Position numbers and translations under genes: made by a program. This document shows, piece by piece, positions 1 to 12,662 of a stretch of 64,000 nt of DNA. How positions within the stretch are numbered: the stretch's first letter is position 1; every line of letters starts with the position of its first letter. Source of the DNA: Octopus bimaculoides (lineage: Eukaryota); the NCBI RefSeq assembly GCF_001194135.2, contig NC_068983.1, forward strand, positions 102,919,195 to 102,983,194, given 5' to 3'. The notes under the pieces are model-generated. The model ran no database searches. It saw only the letters and a list, made by a program, of their open reading frames with translations, and was not told where the DNA came from.

Positions 1-125
1 ATGTCTTGTAAAAATAAACAATCACATTATCAAAATCTCAAAACTACAGGATGATGCATGATTAATTCAAAACAATGTGAATAAATGAACATCACAATTG
101 ACAGAGTAATCTAAATGCTAAAGGG
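1..125. mobile_element. piggyBac-like MITE family 1, partial copy
   Basis: Ends AATGCTAAAGGG|TTAA; homologous to copies at 701-918 and 17534-17767. Confidence 0.6.
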
Positions 126-169
126 TTAATGCGATATGAGCAGCTAGAAAAATACATTATGCACTTTTT

Positions 170-570
170 ATTCTTTTACTTGTTTCAGTCATGTAACTGT
201 GGCCATGCAGGAGCACCACATTTTTTGAGTTGAACAAAATGACCCCAGCACTTATCTTCTTAAACCTGGTACTTATTCTGTTGGTCTCTTCTGCTGGACT
301 AAGTTATGGAGACAGAAACACACCAACCCCAGTTCTCAAGCAGTGATGGTGGGGACAAACACAGACACAAAGACACACACACACAGATATATATATATAA
401 AAAACAACAGGCTTCTTTCAGTTTCTGTCTACCAAATCCACTCACAAGGCTTTGTTCAGCCAGAGGCTATAACAGAAGACACTTGCCCAAGGTGCCATAT
501 AAGTAAGATTGAACCCGAAACCATGAGCTGGGAAGTAAGCTTCTTACCACACAGCCATGTCTGCACTTGT
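170..570 (-). mobile_element. tRNA-headed SINE family A
   Basis: Same head, central domain and tail as the copy at 32468-32910. Confidence 0.8.
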
Positions 571-700
571 ACATTTCACCTCTATATCTAAACTTCCAAG
601 ACAAGTTTGTGAAAATGAATGCTGCAATAATCCACAAGTGACATATTTTCAAGTGGAACCAGTTTCTGAAGAATTGTCATGGCTTCCAACAAAAGTTTAA

Positions 701-918
701 CCCTCTAGCATTCAGATTACCCTGTCAAGTGTAAAGTGTATTTATTCAGATTGTTTTGAATTTCTCATACATTATCTTGTAGCTTTCAGATTTTGAATGA
801 TGTGATTATTTTTAAAAATCACATTATAGAGTAGGTGTGAAAGGCCAGATCTGGTCAGTTTGAAGATTAAACAGGTAGAATATTTGGGCTTGATATGGGC
901 AGTTTGAATACTAAAGGG
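701..918. mobile_element. piggyBac-like MITE family 1
   Basis: TTAA|CCCTCTAGCATTC ... GAATACTAAAGGG|TTAA: TTAA TSD and CCCT/AGGG termini. Confidence 0.8.
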
Positions 919-1139
919 TTAAATATTGGAATGATAAAGTTAATTTTTTAAAAAAATGTAACTAGAACCCTGATACAATATTATAAGAAGAAAGGTCAGT
1001 TAGCAAAGCTGTACCGCAAGTGAAAACAATTATATAACCAATATGTTTGGCAATAAAAGCAAGTAACGAAAAAAGAAAGAAATAATATAAAATAAAAAAG
1101 TGAATATTGAATATGGCAGATATTTTAGATGTTTCTTCA

Positions 1140-1325
1140 ATATATTCGTTTAAAATTTTGGCACAAGGTCAGCAAGTTCAGGGGAAAGGGGATAAGTGGA
1201 TTACATCAAGCCCCAGTAGTCAACTGGTACTTATTTTATTGACCCTCCCACCCACCACCACCACCAAAAGGATGAAGGCAAAGTTGACCTTGGCAGAATT
1301 TGAACTCAGAATGTTAAAGATGGAT
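1140..1325 (-). mobile_element. tRNA-headed SINE family B fragment
   Basis: Reverse complement contains GAGTTCAAATTCTGCCAAGGTCAACTTTGCC. Confidence 0.7.
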
Positions 1326-2416
1326 GAAATATTTCTTCAAAATATTAATANNNNNNNNNNNNNNNNNNNNNNNNNNNNNNNNNNNNNNNNNNNNNNNNNN
1401 NNNNNNNNNNNNNNNNNNNNNNNNNNNNNNNNNNNNNNNNNNNNNNNNNNNNNNNNNNNNNNNNNNNNNNNNNNNNNNNNNNNNNNNNNNNNNNNNNNNN
1501 NNNNNNNNNNNNNNNNNNNNNNNNNNNNNNNNNNNNNNNNNNNNNNNNNNNNNNNNNNNNNNNNNNNNNNNNNNNNNNNNNNNNNNNNNNNNNNNNNNNN
1601 NNNNNNNNNNNNNNNNNNNNNNNNNNNNNNNNNNNNNNNNNNNNNNNNNNNNNNNNNNNNNNNNNNNNNNNNNNNNNNNNNNNNNNNNNNNNNNNNNNNN
1701 NNNNNNNNNNNNNNNNNNNNNNNNNNNNNNNNNNNNNNNNNNNNNNNNNNNNNNNNNNNNNNNNNNNNNNNNNNNNNNNNNNNNNNNNNNNNNNNNNNNN
1801 NNNNNNNNNNNNNNNNNNNNNNNNNNNNNNNNNNNNNNNNNNNNNNNNNNNNNNNNNNNNNNNNNNNNNNNNNNNNNNNNNNNNNNNNNNNNNNNNNNNN
1901 NNNNNNNNNNNNNNNNNNNNNNNNNNNNNNNNNNNNNNNNNNNNNNNNNNNNNNNNNNNNNNNNNNNNNNNNNNNNNNNNNNNNNNNNNNNNNNNNNCAA
2001 AGAAAGGTCAAAGGATTAGACCTTTTATAATAAACCTTATCAATACTAACAAAAGCAACTTTTTCACAGAGCAACAGGCATTTTGATGAACGTTGTTATT
2101 TTTGTTTTTTGAGGAGGATTCTCTTGTCAGTTCTTGAAATCTGTTCTAACTGTGTAAAATAGTTGCAAAAAGAAAAAAAAAGGAAAAAAGTAGAAAAAAA
2201 AAACAACCATAAAAATTGATTAAAAATAAAAAGGAGACAGAGCAAAGTTTTAACATTTGCTAACAGACTGGGGGGGAGGAAAAAATCCAGACAGTAGTAG
2301 AAAAAAACTGATGATGAGAAAGATGAGTTCAGAACAGAGTTTTACTTTGTGGAAGATGTAATGTTTATCGAATGCTATCAGGAATGAAGTCTAAAGTGTG
2401 TGTATGTAAACATGTG

Positions 2417-2452
<36 letters not shown>

Positions 2453-2644
2453 CAGCTAGATGACTTGCCCAGAGAGCGAGACACAAAAAAACTTATTAGC
2501 TAGAGACTAGCAATGGGCTAACTTTCCACTAAAATGTATTGTGCCTTTAGGAATAACAGAAATAGCAGCACTCTTTTACTCTTTTACTTGTTTCAGTCAT
2601 TTGACTGTGGCCATACTGGGGCACCGCCTTTTAAAAGTGTTGGA

Positions 2645-2760
2645 TGCTTACAGCACCTAGGTTTCCCAAGCGGTCACCCATCTAAGTACTAACTAGGCTC
2701 GATGTTGCTTAACTTCGGTGATCAGACGAGAACCGGTGCTTTCAACGTGATATGGCCATA
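2645..2760 (-). pseudogene. 5S rRNA pseudogene, about 3 nt 5'-truncated
   Basis: Reverse complement is TATGGCCATATCACGTTGAAAGCACCGGTTCTCGTCTGATCACCGAAGTTAAGCAACATCGAGCCTAGTTAGTACTTAGATGGGTGACCGCTTGGGAAACCTAGGTGCTGTAAGCA. Clearly 5S, but with CpG-type transitions that break helices and a change in the C box; single dispersed copy. Confidence 0.9.
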
Positions 2761-2829
2761 TTCAAAACACATGGAGCTGCACACAAGATGTACAGTGGAA
2801 GTGTATGTACAGTAATTAGAACAATTAAC

Positions 2830-3371
2830 ACTCCTTATAATAATAATAAAATCAACCTAAGTATTTGAATGGTACTCATTTTATTGGCCCTAAAAGGATG
2901 AAAAGCAAAGTCGACTCTAGTGGAATTTGAAATTCAATAATAATAAAAACTCTTTCTGCTATGGGTACAGGGCTTGGAATTTAACTATATCAACCTCAGT
3001 GCTCGACTGGTACTTATTTCATCAACCCCCAAAAGGATGAAAGGCAAAGTCAACCTCAGCAGAATTTGAATTCAGGACATACAAATGTCTGAAATGCTGC
3101 TAAGCATTTGGTCTGGTATGTTAATGTTTATGTTAGCTCACCACTTTATATCAATAATAATACTGATTTCAAATTTTGGCACACGGCCAGCAATTTCAGG
3201 GGAGGGGATAAGTCATTGAGACCAGTGTTCAACTGACACTTAATATATTGACCCTGAAAGGAAGAAAGGCAAAGTCAACCTCGGCAGAATTTGAACTCAG
3301 AACATAAAGACGGACGAAATGTCATTAAGCATTTTTGCTTGGCGTGCTTATGATTCTACCAGCTTGCTGCC

Positions 3372-3410
<39 letters not shown>
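2830..3410 (-). mobile_element. Cluster of about 3 SINE family B copies with (ATT)n linkers
   Basis: AAAGGCAAAGTC..GGAATTTGAACTCAG recurs about three times. Confidence 0.75.
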
Positions 3411-3412
<2 letters not shown>

Positions 3413-4367
3413 AATGAATGGTTTCCCTAATTTAGACCCAAGATCAGCAATAATAATAACAATAATGTAAATTATGAACTGGCTGGTTGTAATAGAAAAG
3501 TATGGGCACCATTAGGTACATCATTATAGCGGTTTACAGTAAAAGATGTTGGAGAAATAGCTATACATATATATGTGTGTGTGTGTGTGTGTGTATATAT
3601 ACATACATATATACACACACACATTAAATACATGTTTACAGATGACACTATATAATATTTACAGTTGACAACTAAACCAGTTTACAATGATGACATTTAT
3701 GAACATATGGCTACACTCACATTTTTGGTTCTCTGGATCTAGTAGTAGGCAACTTGTACCTGCCCATACACAAACACACACACAGACAAACACACACACA
3801 CAGACAGACACACACACACACATGCCAGTCAATGCCACATACATGCGCATGCTCTCTTTCTCTCTTTCGCAGAGTCATTCAGTCAATGAGATGAATCCTA
3901 AAAAATAATGTGATGTTGTCGGGGACCATATGTCCAGAGATTAGCCAGTGCCATTGCAAATGGAAGTATACTACATTTGGCACAATAAGTTTATTCTAGT
4001 GGGATGAAAGTAGGAAGAAAGGTATTTTTTGAGTTTTTTTTTTCTCTTCTTTCAGTGAAAAAAAAAGAAGAAAAAGCTGAGAAAAATATGTGGTAAAACC
4101 TATATTAATTAAAGACTAGTAACAATGTGCTGAGGAAAGTAACAGAATATTTAAGAAAGAGGATAAAGGAGTAAGAAAAAAATTAAATGAAAAATATCAG
4201 TAATATGATATATTTTCCTTCTTAATCTTAACCCAGTAATTTTTGTTGGGGTAATGATGTTTTTGTAACAAAGTATTAGTAATACAATCATTCTATAACT
4301 AATACATAGTTTCCGGCCAGCTTTAAATACCTGAAATTGTTTGACAATATTGTCTCCGGTAGCAAAT

Positions 4368-4490
<123 letters not shown>

Positions 4491-4780
4491 ACAAACATGA
4501 ACGTGGTTTGAAAATACTGGCCAAGAAAATATCTCTGTAAAATAATAGCCCTCCTTGAAGTGTGGTTTTATCCTCGAGTGGAGAGGAGGTTTAGTGTTCA
4601 GTGAAAAGGACTGGATCTCCATGGTACGGATCTCTCCATTATGAAAGAAATTTAGGAATCAATTTACCAAACCCATTAATACTTATTCTGACAAATACTC
4701 GTAGTAATAGTAATCATTGCTGCCAATACTGCAATACATTCTTCCTGATTGGCAGCTGTTTGTCTTTATATTTCTTTCAC

Positions 4781-4825
<45 letters not shown>

Positions 4826-4923
4826 TACTCTTGTTTATTCATTCATACATACATGCATACAAATATCATACAATACATATATTATATATATACACACAAA
4901 CGTAACGGCTCTGGACTTTGTAT

Positions 4924-5041
4924 TCATTTGGCTACGTTCTGGAATAATGCTGCATAGAATTCTGGAACAGTCATTTTGCTCCGGTGTTTATTAACTATCT
5001 CCTGAATCTTAACTTTCCTTCGTACATGAGGTGGCTGGTAA
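4924..5041 (-). CDS. RALGAPB: RALGAPB last coding exon
   Basis: Acceptor ctctgtttcag, phase 2. Encodes (S)[38 protein letters not shown], matching the recalled RALGAPB C-terminus [28 protein letters not shown]. Confidence 0.95.
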
Positions 5042-5562
5042 CTGAAACAGAGAAAACAGTTGTCAATGAATTATAACAGAACAAAAGTGTGTGTGTGTGT
5101 GTGTGTGTGCATGAGTGTGTAAGAAATAAGTAAATACGGTAGTGGATATTTCTAGTACATTCAGTGATCAACATAGCATCATCATCATCGTCACCATCAT
5201 TATTGTTTTAATGTCCATTTTTCCATGAAAGGTAATATTCCTCACCCACTCCATGACCAGATATGTTGTCACAGAATACTAGAGATGAAGTACACACCAG
5301 CATGATGTTGATGCTTGTTAATAACCAACTATCAAATGATAGTAACAAGGAGAAAATAACACACATCCATCTCTCTCTCTCTCTCTCCACCCCCTTTATA
5401 TATTCTATTCTAATTATTTTCCAATTATTTTCAAATTTCGTTATACTGATTTAGTTTTGTATGGTAATTATGAAAACGAAATCCATTTTCCCAAATAAAT
5501 AAAAAGTTGAAAAAAAGTTTGTAAATTTTGGGTAATTTTAGCCAATCAAAAGCCATCATTAT

Positions 5563-6900
5563 ATACATCATCATCATCATCATCATCGTTTAACGTCCGC
5601 TTTCCATGCTAGCATGGGTTGGACGATTTGACTGAGGACTGGGGAAACCGGATGGCAACACCAGGCTCCAGTCTAATTTGGCAGAGTTTCTACAGCTGGA
5701 TGCCCTTCCTATCGCCAACCACTCAGAGAGTGTAGTGGGTGCTTTTACGTGTCACCCGCACGAAAACGGCCACGCTCGAAATGGTGTCTTTTATGTGCCA
5801 CCCGCACAAGCCAGTCCNNNNNNNNNNNNNNNNNNNNNNNNNNNNNNNNNNNNNNNNNNNNNNNNNNNNNNNNNNNNNNNNNNNNNNNNNNNNNNNNNNN
5901 NNNNNNNNNNNNNNNNNNNNNNNNNNNNNNNNNNNNNNNNNNNNNNNNNNNNNNNNNNNNNNNNNNNNNNNNNNNNNNNNNNNNNNNNNNNNNNNNNNNN
6001 NNNNNNNNNNNNNNNNNNNNNNNNNNNNNNNNNNNNNNNNNNNNNNNNNNNNNNNNNNNNNNNNNNNNNNNNNNNNNNNNNNNNNNNNNNNNNNNNNNNN
6101 NNNNNNNNNNNNNNNNNNNNNNNNNNNNNNNNNNNNNNNNNNNNNNNNNNNNNNNNNNNNNNNNNNNNNNNNNNNNNNNNNNNNNNNNNNNNNNNNNNNN
6201 NNNNNNNNNNNNNNNNNNNNNNNNNNNNNNNNNNNNNNNNNNNNNNNNNNNNNNNNNNNNNNNNNNNNNNNNNNNNNNNNNNNNNNNNNNNNNNNNNNNN
6301 NNNNNNNNNNNNNNNNNNNNNNNNNNNNNNNNNNNNNNNNNNNNNNNNNNNNNNNNNNNNNNNNNNNNNNNNNNNNNNNNNNNNNNNNNNNNNNNNNNNN
6401 NNNNNNNNNNNNNNNNNNNNNNNNNNNNNNNNNNNNNNNNNNNNNNNNNNNNNNNNNNNNNNNNNNNNNNNNNNNNNNNNNNNNNNNNNNNNNNNNNNNN
6501 NNNNNNNNNNNNNNNNNNNNNNNNNNNNNNNNNNNNNNNNNNNGAGCTCTCTAAACTTTGCCCAGGCTATTCTTATTCTAGCAGCTACACTTTCAGCGCA
6601 CCCACCCCCACTACTAACTTGGTCGCCCAGATAGCGGAAGCTATCGACTACCTCTAGTTTTTCACCCTGGAATGAGATAGAAGTTGTTTCCTGTTTGTTT
6701 ACAGTCTTTATTGCACCTGAACATCTGCCACAAACAAAAACTAACTTGCTAGTTAACCTGCCTTTGATGTTGCTGCACCTCTTATGTGTCCATAGCTTGC
6801 ACCGGGTACATCTTATAGAGTTACTACCTACTCCTTTGACTGTAAATCTCACAGAGGTGTGTTTCCATAGTAACAAGCAAAACTGTTATCTGTCCTGTTT
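5563..6900 (-). mobile_element. RTE-clade LINE 3' part, gap inside
   Basis: (GAT)n tail. ORF ...SNSIRCTRCKLWTHKRCS..FVCGRC..EVVDSFRYLGDQVSSGGGCAESVAARIRIAWAKFREL is typical RTE post-RT sequence. Confidence 0.88.
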
Positions 6901-7243
6901 TCATTGTAATAAGGATACTGTATTTAAAGCAACAGTGACATTTTCACCACTGCAACCATCACCACAAGTTTTTGAAGAGCATTATCATTTTGTGCCTGTG
7001 TTATTTCTGTCTGTCATGTAGTGAACAGACAGCTATTACACAGAAAATGCATGGCTTTCGTTTCTTATCTTCTGATTGGGCTTCTCACTAGTATAGTATT
7101 AATGTGACCTTATTGATCAACATTCATCCAACAGCTGTGGCGTGACTGTGTGGTAAGAAGTTTGCCTCCCAATCACATAACTCTGGGTTCAGTCCCACTG
7201 CATGTCACCTTGGGCAAATTATCAAACTTTGAATGTCTCTACC

Positions 7244-7850
7244 ATCATCATCATCATTTAATATCCGCTTTCCATGCTAGCATGGGTTGGACGATTTGAC
7301 TGAGGACTGACAACCAGATGGCTGCACCAGGCTCCAATCTGATCTGGCAGAGTTTCTACAGCTGGATGCCCTTCCTAACGCCAACCACTGCAAGAGTGTA
7401 GTGGGTGCTTTTACGTGCCACCGGCACGAGGGCCAGTCTGGCACTACTGACAACAGCCACGCTTGAATGGTGTTTTTTATATGCCACCTGCACAGGAGTC
7501 AGTCCAGTGGCACTGGCAATGACCTTGCTCGAATATTTTGTTCATGTGCCACCGGCACAAGTGCCAGTAAGGCAACACTGGTAATGATCACGCTCAAATG
7601 GCGCTTTTTATGTACTACCGGCACGGAAGCCAGACAGCTGCTCTGGCAATGATCCCGCTTGGATGGTGCTGTTAGCGCTCCACTGGCATGGGTGCCAGTC
7701 ACCGAATTTGGTTCAATTTCAATTTCACTTGTCCCAACAGGTCTTTGCAAGCTGAGTTTAGTGTCCAATGAAGGAAGATTGGCATGAGTGGGCTGGCTAC
7801 ACTCCTGGTAAAGGCCACGGGTTATGGTCTCACTTGTCTTGCCAGGTCTG
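7244..7850 (-). mobile_element. RTE LINE 3' UTR fragment
   Basis: Same 3' terminal sequence as 5563-5817. Confidence 0.8.
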
Positions 7851-7893
7851 CTTAACTATTAAATGAAAATACTAAGAACAAGCATATACTTAC

Positions 7894-8010
7894 GATTCAC
7901 TTTCCAATCTGTTCCGCCGGCATATGTTTATGGCTGTTTGTCTAACAAGAGTTCCTAAAGATCGTCGACTTACTACCATTCCATCAACAAGAGGTATTGC
8001 CATGGCAACT
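7894..8010 (-). CDS. RALGAPB: RALGAPB exon, 117 nt, phase 2-2
   Basis: ccacag / gtaagt. [39 protein letters not shown] matches recalled [35 protein letters not shown]. Confidence 0.95.
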
Positions 8011-8589
8011 CTGTGGATAAGAATAATAGAAATGTATGACAATCAGCTTCAGCTTGCAACAATTAAGCTTCCATCACATTACTCACTTTTATATAGAACT
8101 AGCAGTAAGTAGGGTTTATAGAAAGTATCGGAAAATATCACATTGTGTTGTGCTCCTATGACAAATTTCAAACACCTAGATGATACAAAACTGTGCTCTA
8201 AAACTTGAACATTCATCCTTACATGCATTCATTTTTGTATATTGAATTAGTTATGTTTAACTCAACAAATACATGTGATAATAATTTAAAATCATTATGT
8301 ATTTTGTTGAAGATTTTCAGCTTTATCAATAACATATGAGTTCTAATTCAATAATGACTGATGGCTTTTAGATATTTGTGCATAAAAAAGTGCTATTCAC
8401 TAAACATAGGAACTTTCTTTGTACAACTGTCTGCATTCATATGCATCACATGACCATATCAATGCAGTCTTCTTTCTTATTAATTACATCTGGGTCCTCT
8501 GTATCTCTCAGCACAATCTTGAGAAAAGTTGGTTGGCTGTACCATTTGTCAGATACTAGTTTGTGTTTTTTTAGCAAATATTAATTCTT

Positions 8590-8820
8590 TATTGCCCACA
8601 AGGAGCTAAACATAGAGAGGACAAACAAGGACAGACAACGGGACTAAGTCGATTACATTGACCCCAGTGCGTAACTGGTATTTATTCAATTGACCCCGAA
8701 AGGATGAAAGGCAAAGTCGACCTCGGCGGAATTTGAACTCAGAACATAACGGCAGGCGAAATACCGTTAAGCATTTCGCCCGGTGTGCTAACGATTCTGC
8801 CAGCTTGCCACCTTGTTTTA
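8590..8820 (-). mobile_element. SINE family B, well-preserved copy
   Basis: Head GGTGGCAAGCTGGCAGAATCGTTAGC (A-box-like) and GAGTTCAAATTCCGCC (B-box-like). Confidence 0.85.
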
Positions 8821-9225
8821 GCAAATATACTAAACTTTCAGCCCTATACAGTTACCACAAAGTAGTATAGCTCACAGCTGTAAACAACAAGAGCAGCAAG
8901 CCAATGACAAGCATCATTGGCAGCAACCACATCCCTCAAACCATACTTGTTTTAACTCTTTTGTTACTTTCCTAAATACATTACCTTTGTTTTGATTAGT
9001 TTTGAAAATAATAAAGAATTTAGTAAAATTAGTAAGTTGCTGTTTGGGAAATAAATAAACATGAAATTTTGATGGAAGGTTTTAATTTAAATCACTTTAA
9101 AACATGAAGTTTGTATCATAGAACAAGGAGCCATTTCAGGCAGTTTGAAAAAGAAAGGACATATAGGATAGTGTAATCATAGGTACACGGGTGGTTGGAA
9201 TGCTTTTGATTATATTTTTCTCTTT

Positions 9226-9620
9226 TATTCTCCTTTATTCTCTTTTACTTGTTTCAGTCATTTGACTGCGGCCATGCTGGAGCACTGCCTTTAGTCGAGA
9301 AAATCGACCCCAGGACTTATTCTATTGGTCTCTTTTTGCCGAACCGCTAAATTACGGGGACGTAAACACACCAGCATCGGTTGTCAAGCGATGGTGGGGG
9401 GACAAACACAGACACACAAACATATGCACACACACATATATATATATACATATATACGACGGGCTTCTTTCAGTTTCCATCTACCAAATCCACTCACAAG
9501 GCTTTGGTCAGCCCGAGGCTATAGTAGAAGACACTTGCCCAAGGTGCCACGCAGTGGGACTGAACCTGGAACCATGAGGTTGGTAAGCAAGCTACTTACC
9601 ACACAGCCACTCCTGCACCT
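9226..9620 (-). mobile_element. SINE family A, full length
   Basis: Near-consensus copy with internal (TA)/(CA) tract and AAAAGA tail. Confidence 0.88.
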
Positions 9621-10109
9621 TATGTATATGTTTAATGATGGCTGAATTATAGCAGCAACACTATAAATACAATGAATGATTTATACACTTCCAATGCTAA
9701 TTTCAAAAATTCCCATTAGAGGAAAGCAGGATTTTTCAAAAGTAAGCAGGATGGAGCATTAGAACATTATCTCAGCTCTGCAAAAATAACACATTACTGC
9801 AGAATTTAGTGACACAATATATGTCAAGGCTGTATCAAACTACAGATCCTATTAAGGATAGAGTAAAATGGAATGGAATAAAATTTGAGAATAAGCAGTG
9901 GATCATTAGAGAAAAATATCTGTGTAGACAAATAGATTTTTTTCTCTCTTTCCATTACTACTTAACAATTAAGTACTCATGAATCACAGTGACTTGGATA
10001 TACAATATGACTAAATAAACAAATTACATTTCGGAAATTACTCTACTTGCTCTATAACTGGATAATTTCCCTAATTGTCAGCAAATTATGTCATCATTAA
10101 AACTGAGGA

Positions 10110-10161
<52 letters not shown>

Positions 10162-10199
10162 AAGTGAAAAGCATATATAAAAATCGGGACTTTCAAAAG

Positions 10200-10432
10200 T
10201 GACTAAAATTTGACAAGCCAAGGAGGGGGACTTCTACATGGCTGCTCAACCTGATAAAGATAGCAGTTAAACCTTCATGAAATCAGAACGCAACATTTCA
10301 AAAATAGGAAAAGACACATTAGATAATGTAGTCCGAGATATCATTAGAAAAAATAGGATTGTCACAGATAGAATGCCTTTGATCATCGGTCTGCTCTATA
10401 AGAGTTGGCATTGAGCTAAACAACAATAACCA
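10200..10432 (+). mobile_element. Dispersed repeat with (AAC)n tail, SINE-like family D
   Basis: GGAATGCCTTTGATCAT..GCTAAACAACAA motif; related copies at about 13130-13325 and 49440-49680 (minus). Confidence 0.5.
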
Positions 10433-10619
10433 GAGACTGATATTTAACAAAATACAGTACCTATGATCAACTACAGCAGTGTGATATAAAGATTACTGCT
10501 GTTGAATGAATGTTGATTAATAAGGCCTCATTAATGCTATACGAGTAAGAAGTCATTAATGTTGTTTAGCTCTAGATCAGTTCCAATCAAGCAAATGTAT
10601 GATAAAAACATTTCAGATC

Positions 10620-10659
<40 letters not shown>

Positions 10660-10661
10660 GA

Positions 10662-12500
10662 ATACTGTCCTGATGTCATATGCATATCTTTTGTATCTTT
10701 TCAGAGAGGCCTTTCACACAGGGTAGACAGACTGTGGACAGGTTATTGGTATCATCCTCTCTTTTCTTCATAATTGGAGTGGATAGTATGTCTTTGGGGT
10801 AGTTGTTACTTAATAGATTGTTGCTGAGCTTGATCATTTCTTCGTGGTAGATATCACGATCACTACTTATATTCTTTGCTCAATGTTTTAGGCACTGAGC
10901 AATCCCTCTCTTTACACTGCATGGATGGTGGGAATTGAAGTTAAGGTATCAGCCAGTGAAAGTCGGCTTGCAGTATACAGATATCCTGAATCCATACTCG
11001 GTGCGTGTTATTAATATGTCCAGGAATGCAAGCTGATTGTCTTTTCCCTTTTCCATTGTGAACTGTATGGATGGTTTTATTGAGTTCACATGATCTAATA
11101 GCACTTGGGCATCTTCCTGGTGGGGCCAGAGTATAAAGGTGTCATCAACATATCACAACCATAGGGTTGGTTTTAGAGGTGTTGATTCTAAAGCCAAATT
11201 CTCAATGTATTCCATGTATATATTGGCTATTATCGGTGATAATGGCGAACCCATAGCTAAACCCTCTTCTTGTCGATATATATATATATATCAGTATCCA
11301 TACTGAAGTAGGAAGTTTCTACACAGAAGGTCAACATTTCCATCAAGTTTCTTATTAGTATACTAGTGCATTCTTTTAGATGGGTGTCTGCCACTAGTTT
11401 CTCTTGAATCACTGATAGTGCTTCACCAGTTGGGACTTTGGTGAACAGACTTATCACATCTAGACTCGCCATCTGGTTGGATTCAATGGGGGTATCCTTG
11501 ATCAATTCTGTGAAGTGGGTAGAATTCTTCACGTACGATGTTGACTTTCCTGCAACTGGACTGATTATATCCACAAGGACATTTCCTTGTGGATATAATC
11601 AGTCCAGTGGATGACATGCTGAACCTCTACAGCTCACTATAGGTCTTAGTGGAATATCATCCTTGTGAATCTTAGGTAGACCGTACACGTGTGGTAGTAT
11701 ACTGTAGTGTTGAGTCAGTTGTCTGTACTTCATTGGTGTGAAGTGATCCTTGTTCTTGATCAAGATCTGTGACAACTTCCTCTCTGTTTTCAGAGTTGGG
11801 TCTTTCTTTACTTTGCTGTAGCTACCATCACTTATAAGACTTGCCAATTTTTCTGAGTAGTCAGACTTGTTCATCACCACAGTAGCATTTCCCTTGTCCA
11901 CCGGAAGTATTATGATGGAATTGTCACTCTGTAGTCTTTTGATAGCGAACTTTTCTTCCTTACTGATGTTTGGTTTGGGAAGTTTCGCTTTTTCTAGTAC
12001 CTGTCTCACTTTCCACTTTAGTTCATCTCCCTGAGTTTTTGGTATCTTTACAGCTATCTCTTCAATAGGTGCTATTATGTCCAAGTATGGAATGCACTAG
12101 ATGGATGTTGCAAAGTTGAGACCTTTGTTTAGTACTGCTTCTTCAGAGCTTTCTGGATGTTGGCTACTTACATTAATTACTGCTTTCACAGGTGGGTGAC
12201 GGACTTCAGTCTTCATACTTTGATCTTTGAATTTCATAAACTTCTTAATGTGGCATGTCTTCACCATTTCAAATTCTTTCATGTACAACTTTTCTAGATC
12301 TTGTTGGTTTCTCTTTCTATCACCATCTCTAGTTATTTTCCTAAGTAATGAAGATAACCTTTCTTTGATTTCGTTATTTAGTTGATGTTTTTTTCCAACG
12401 GTTGTAATGGATCCTCTCACAGACGAGGGCATGTCTTGCACTTTCTGCTACTCTTCTAGCTTTATATGAATCCATTGGTGTCATTATATTCAAGCCAGGT
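10662..12500 (-). mobile_element. Penelope-like retroelement RT, frameshifted, GIY-YIG part absent
   Basis: IIILPVDKGNATVVMNK, VYGLPKIHKDDIPLRPIVS, SLDVISLFTKVP, GLAMGSPLSPIIANIYME and YVDDTF motifs. Confidence 0.88.
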
Positions 12501-12662
12501 GGTATTAGCTTTGAGTCTCTACATCTACACAGGAAAGTTAGATGGCTTGAAAGATGAGCTAGTTTTGGATGGAATTTCTCTATATGTTTCCACTGAAGTC
12601 TAAAATTGGCTCTGTACCGATTAGATAATACAGTTCTATATATAGAACTGTATTATCTAATC

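Noticed and set aside
590-690. Possible terminal exon of another gene (LQKLVPLENMSLVDYCSIHFHKLVLEV*)
   Set aside because: No recognisable homology, poor acceptor, and flanked by mobile elements.
1107-2074. Long ORFs spanning N runs (also 5678-6657, 20477-20960, 33417-34440, 60286-61197)
   Set aside because: Artefacts of translating assembly gaps.
2645-2760. Functional 5S rRNA gene
   Set aside because: 5' truncation, helix-breaking CpG-type changes and a C-box substitution; called a pseudogene.
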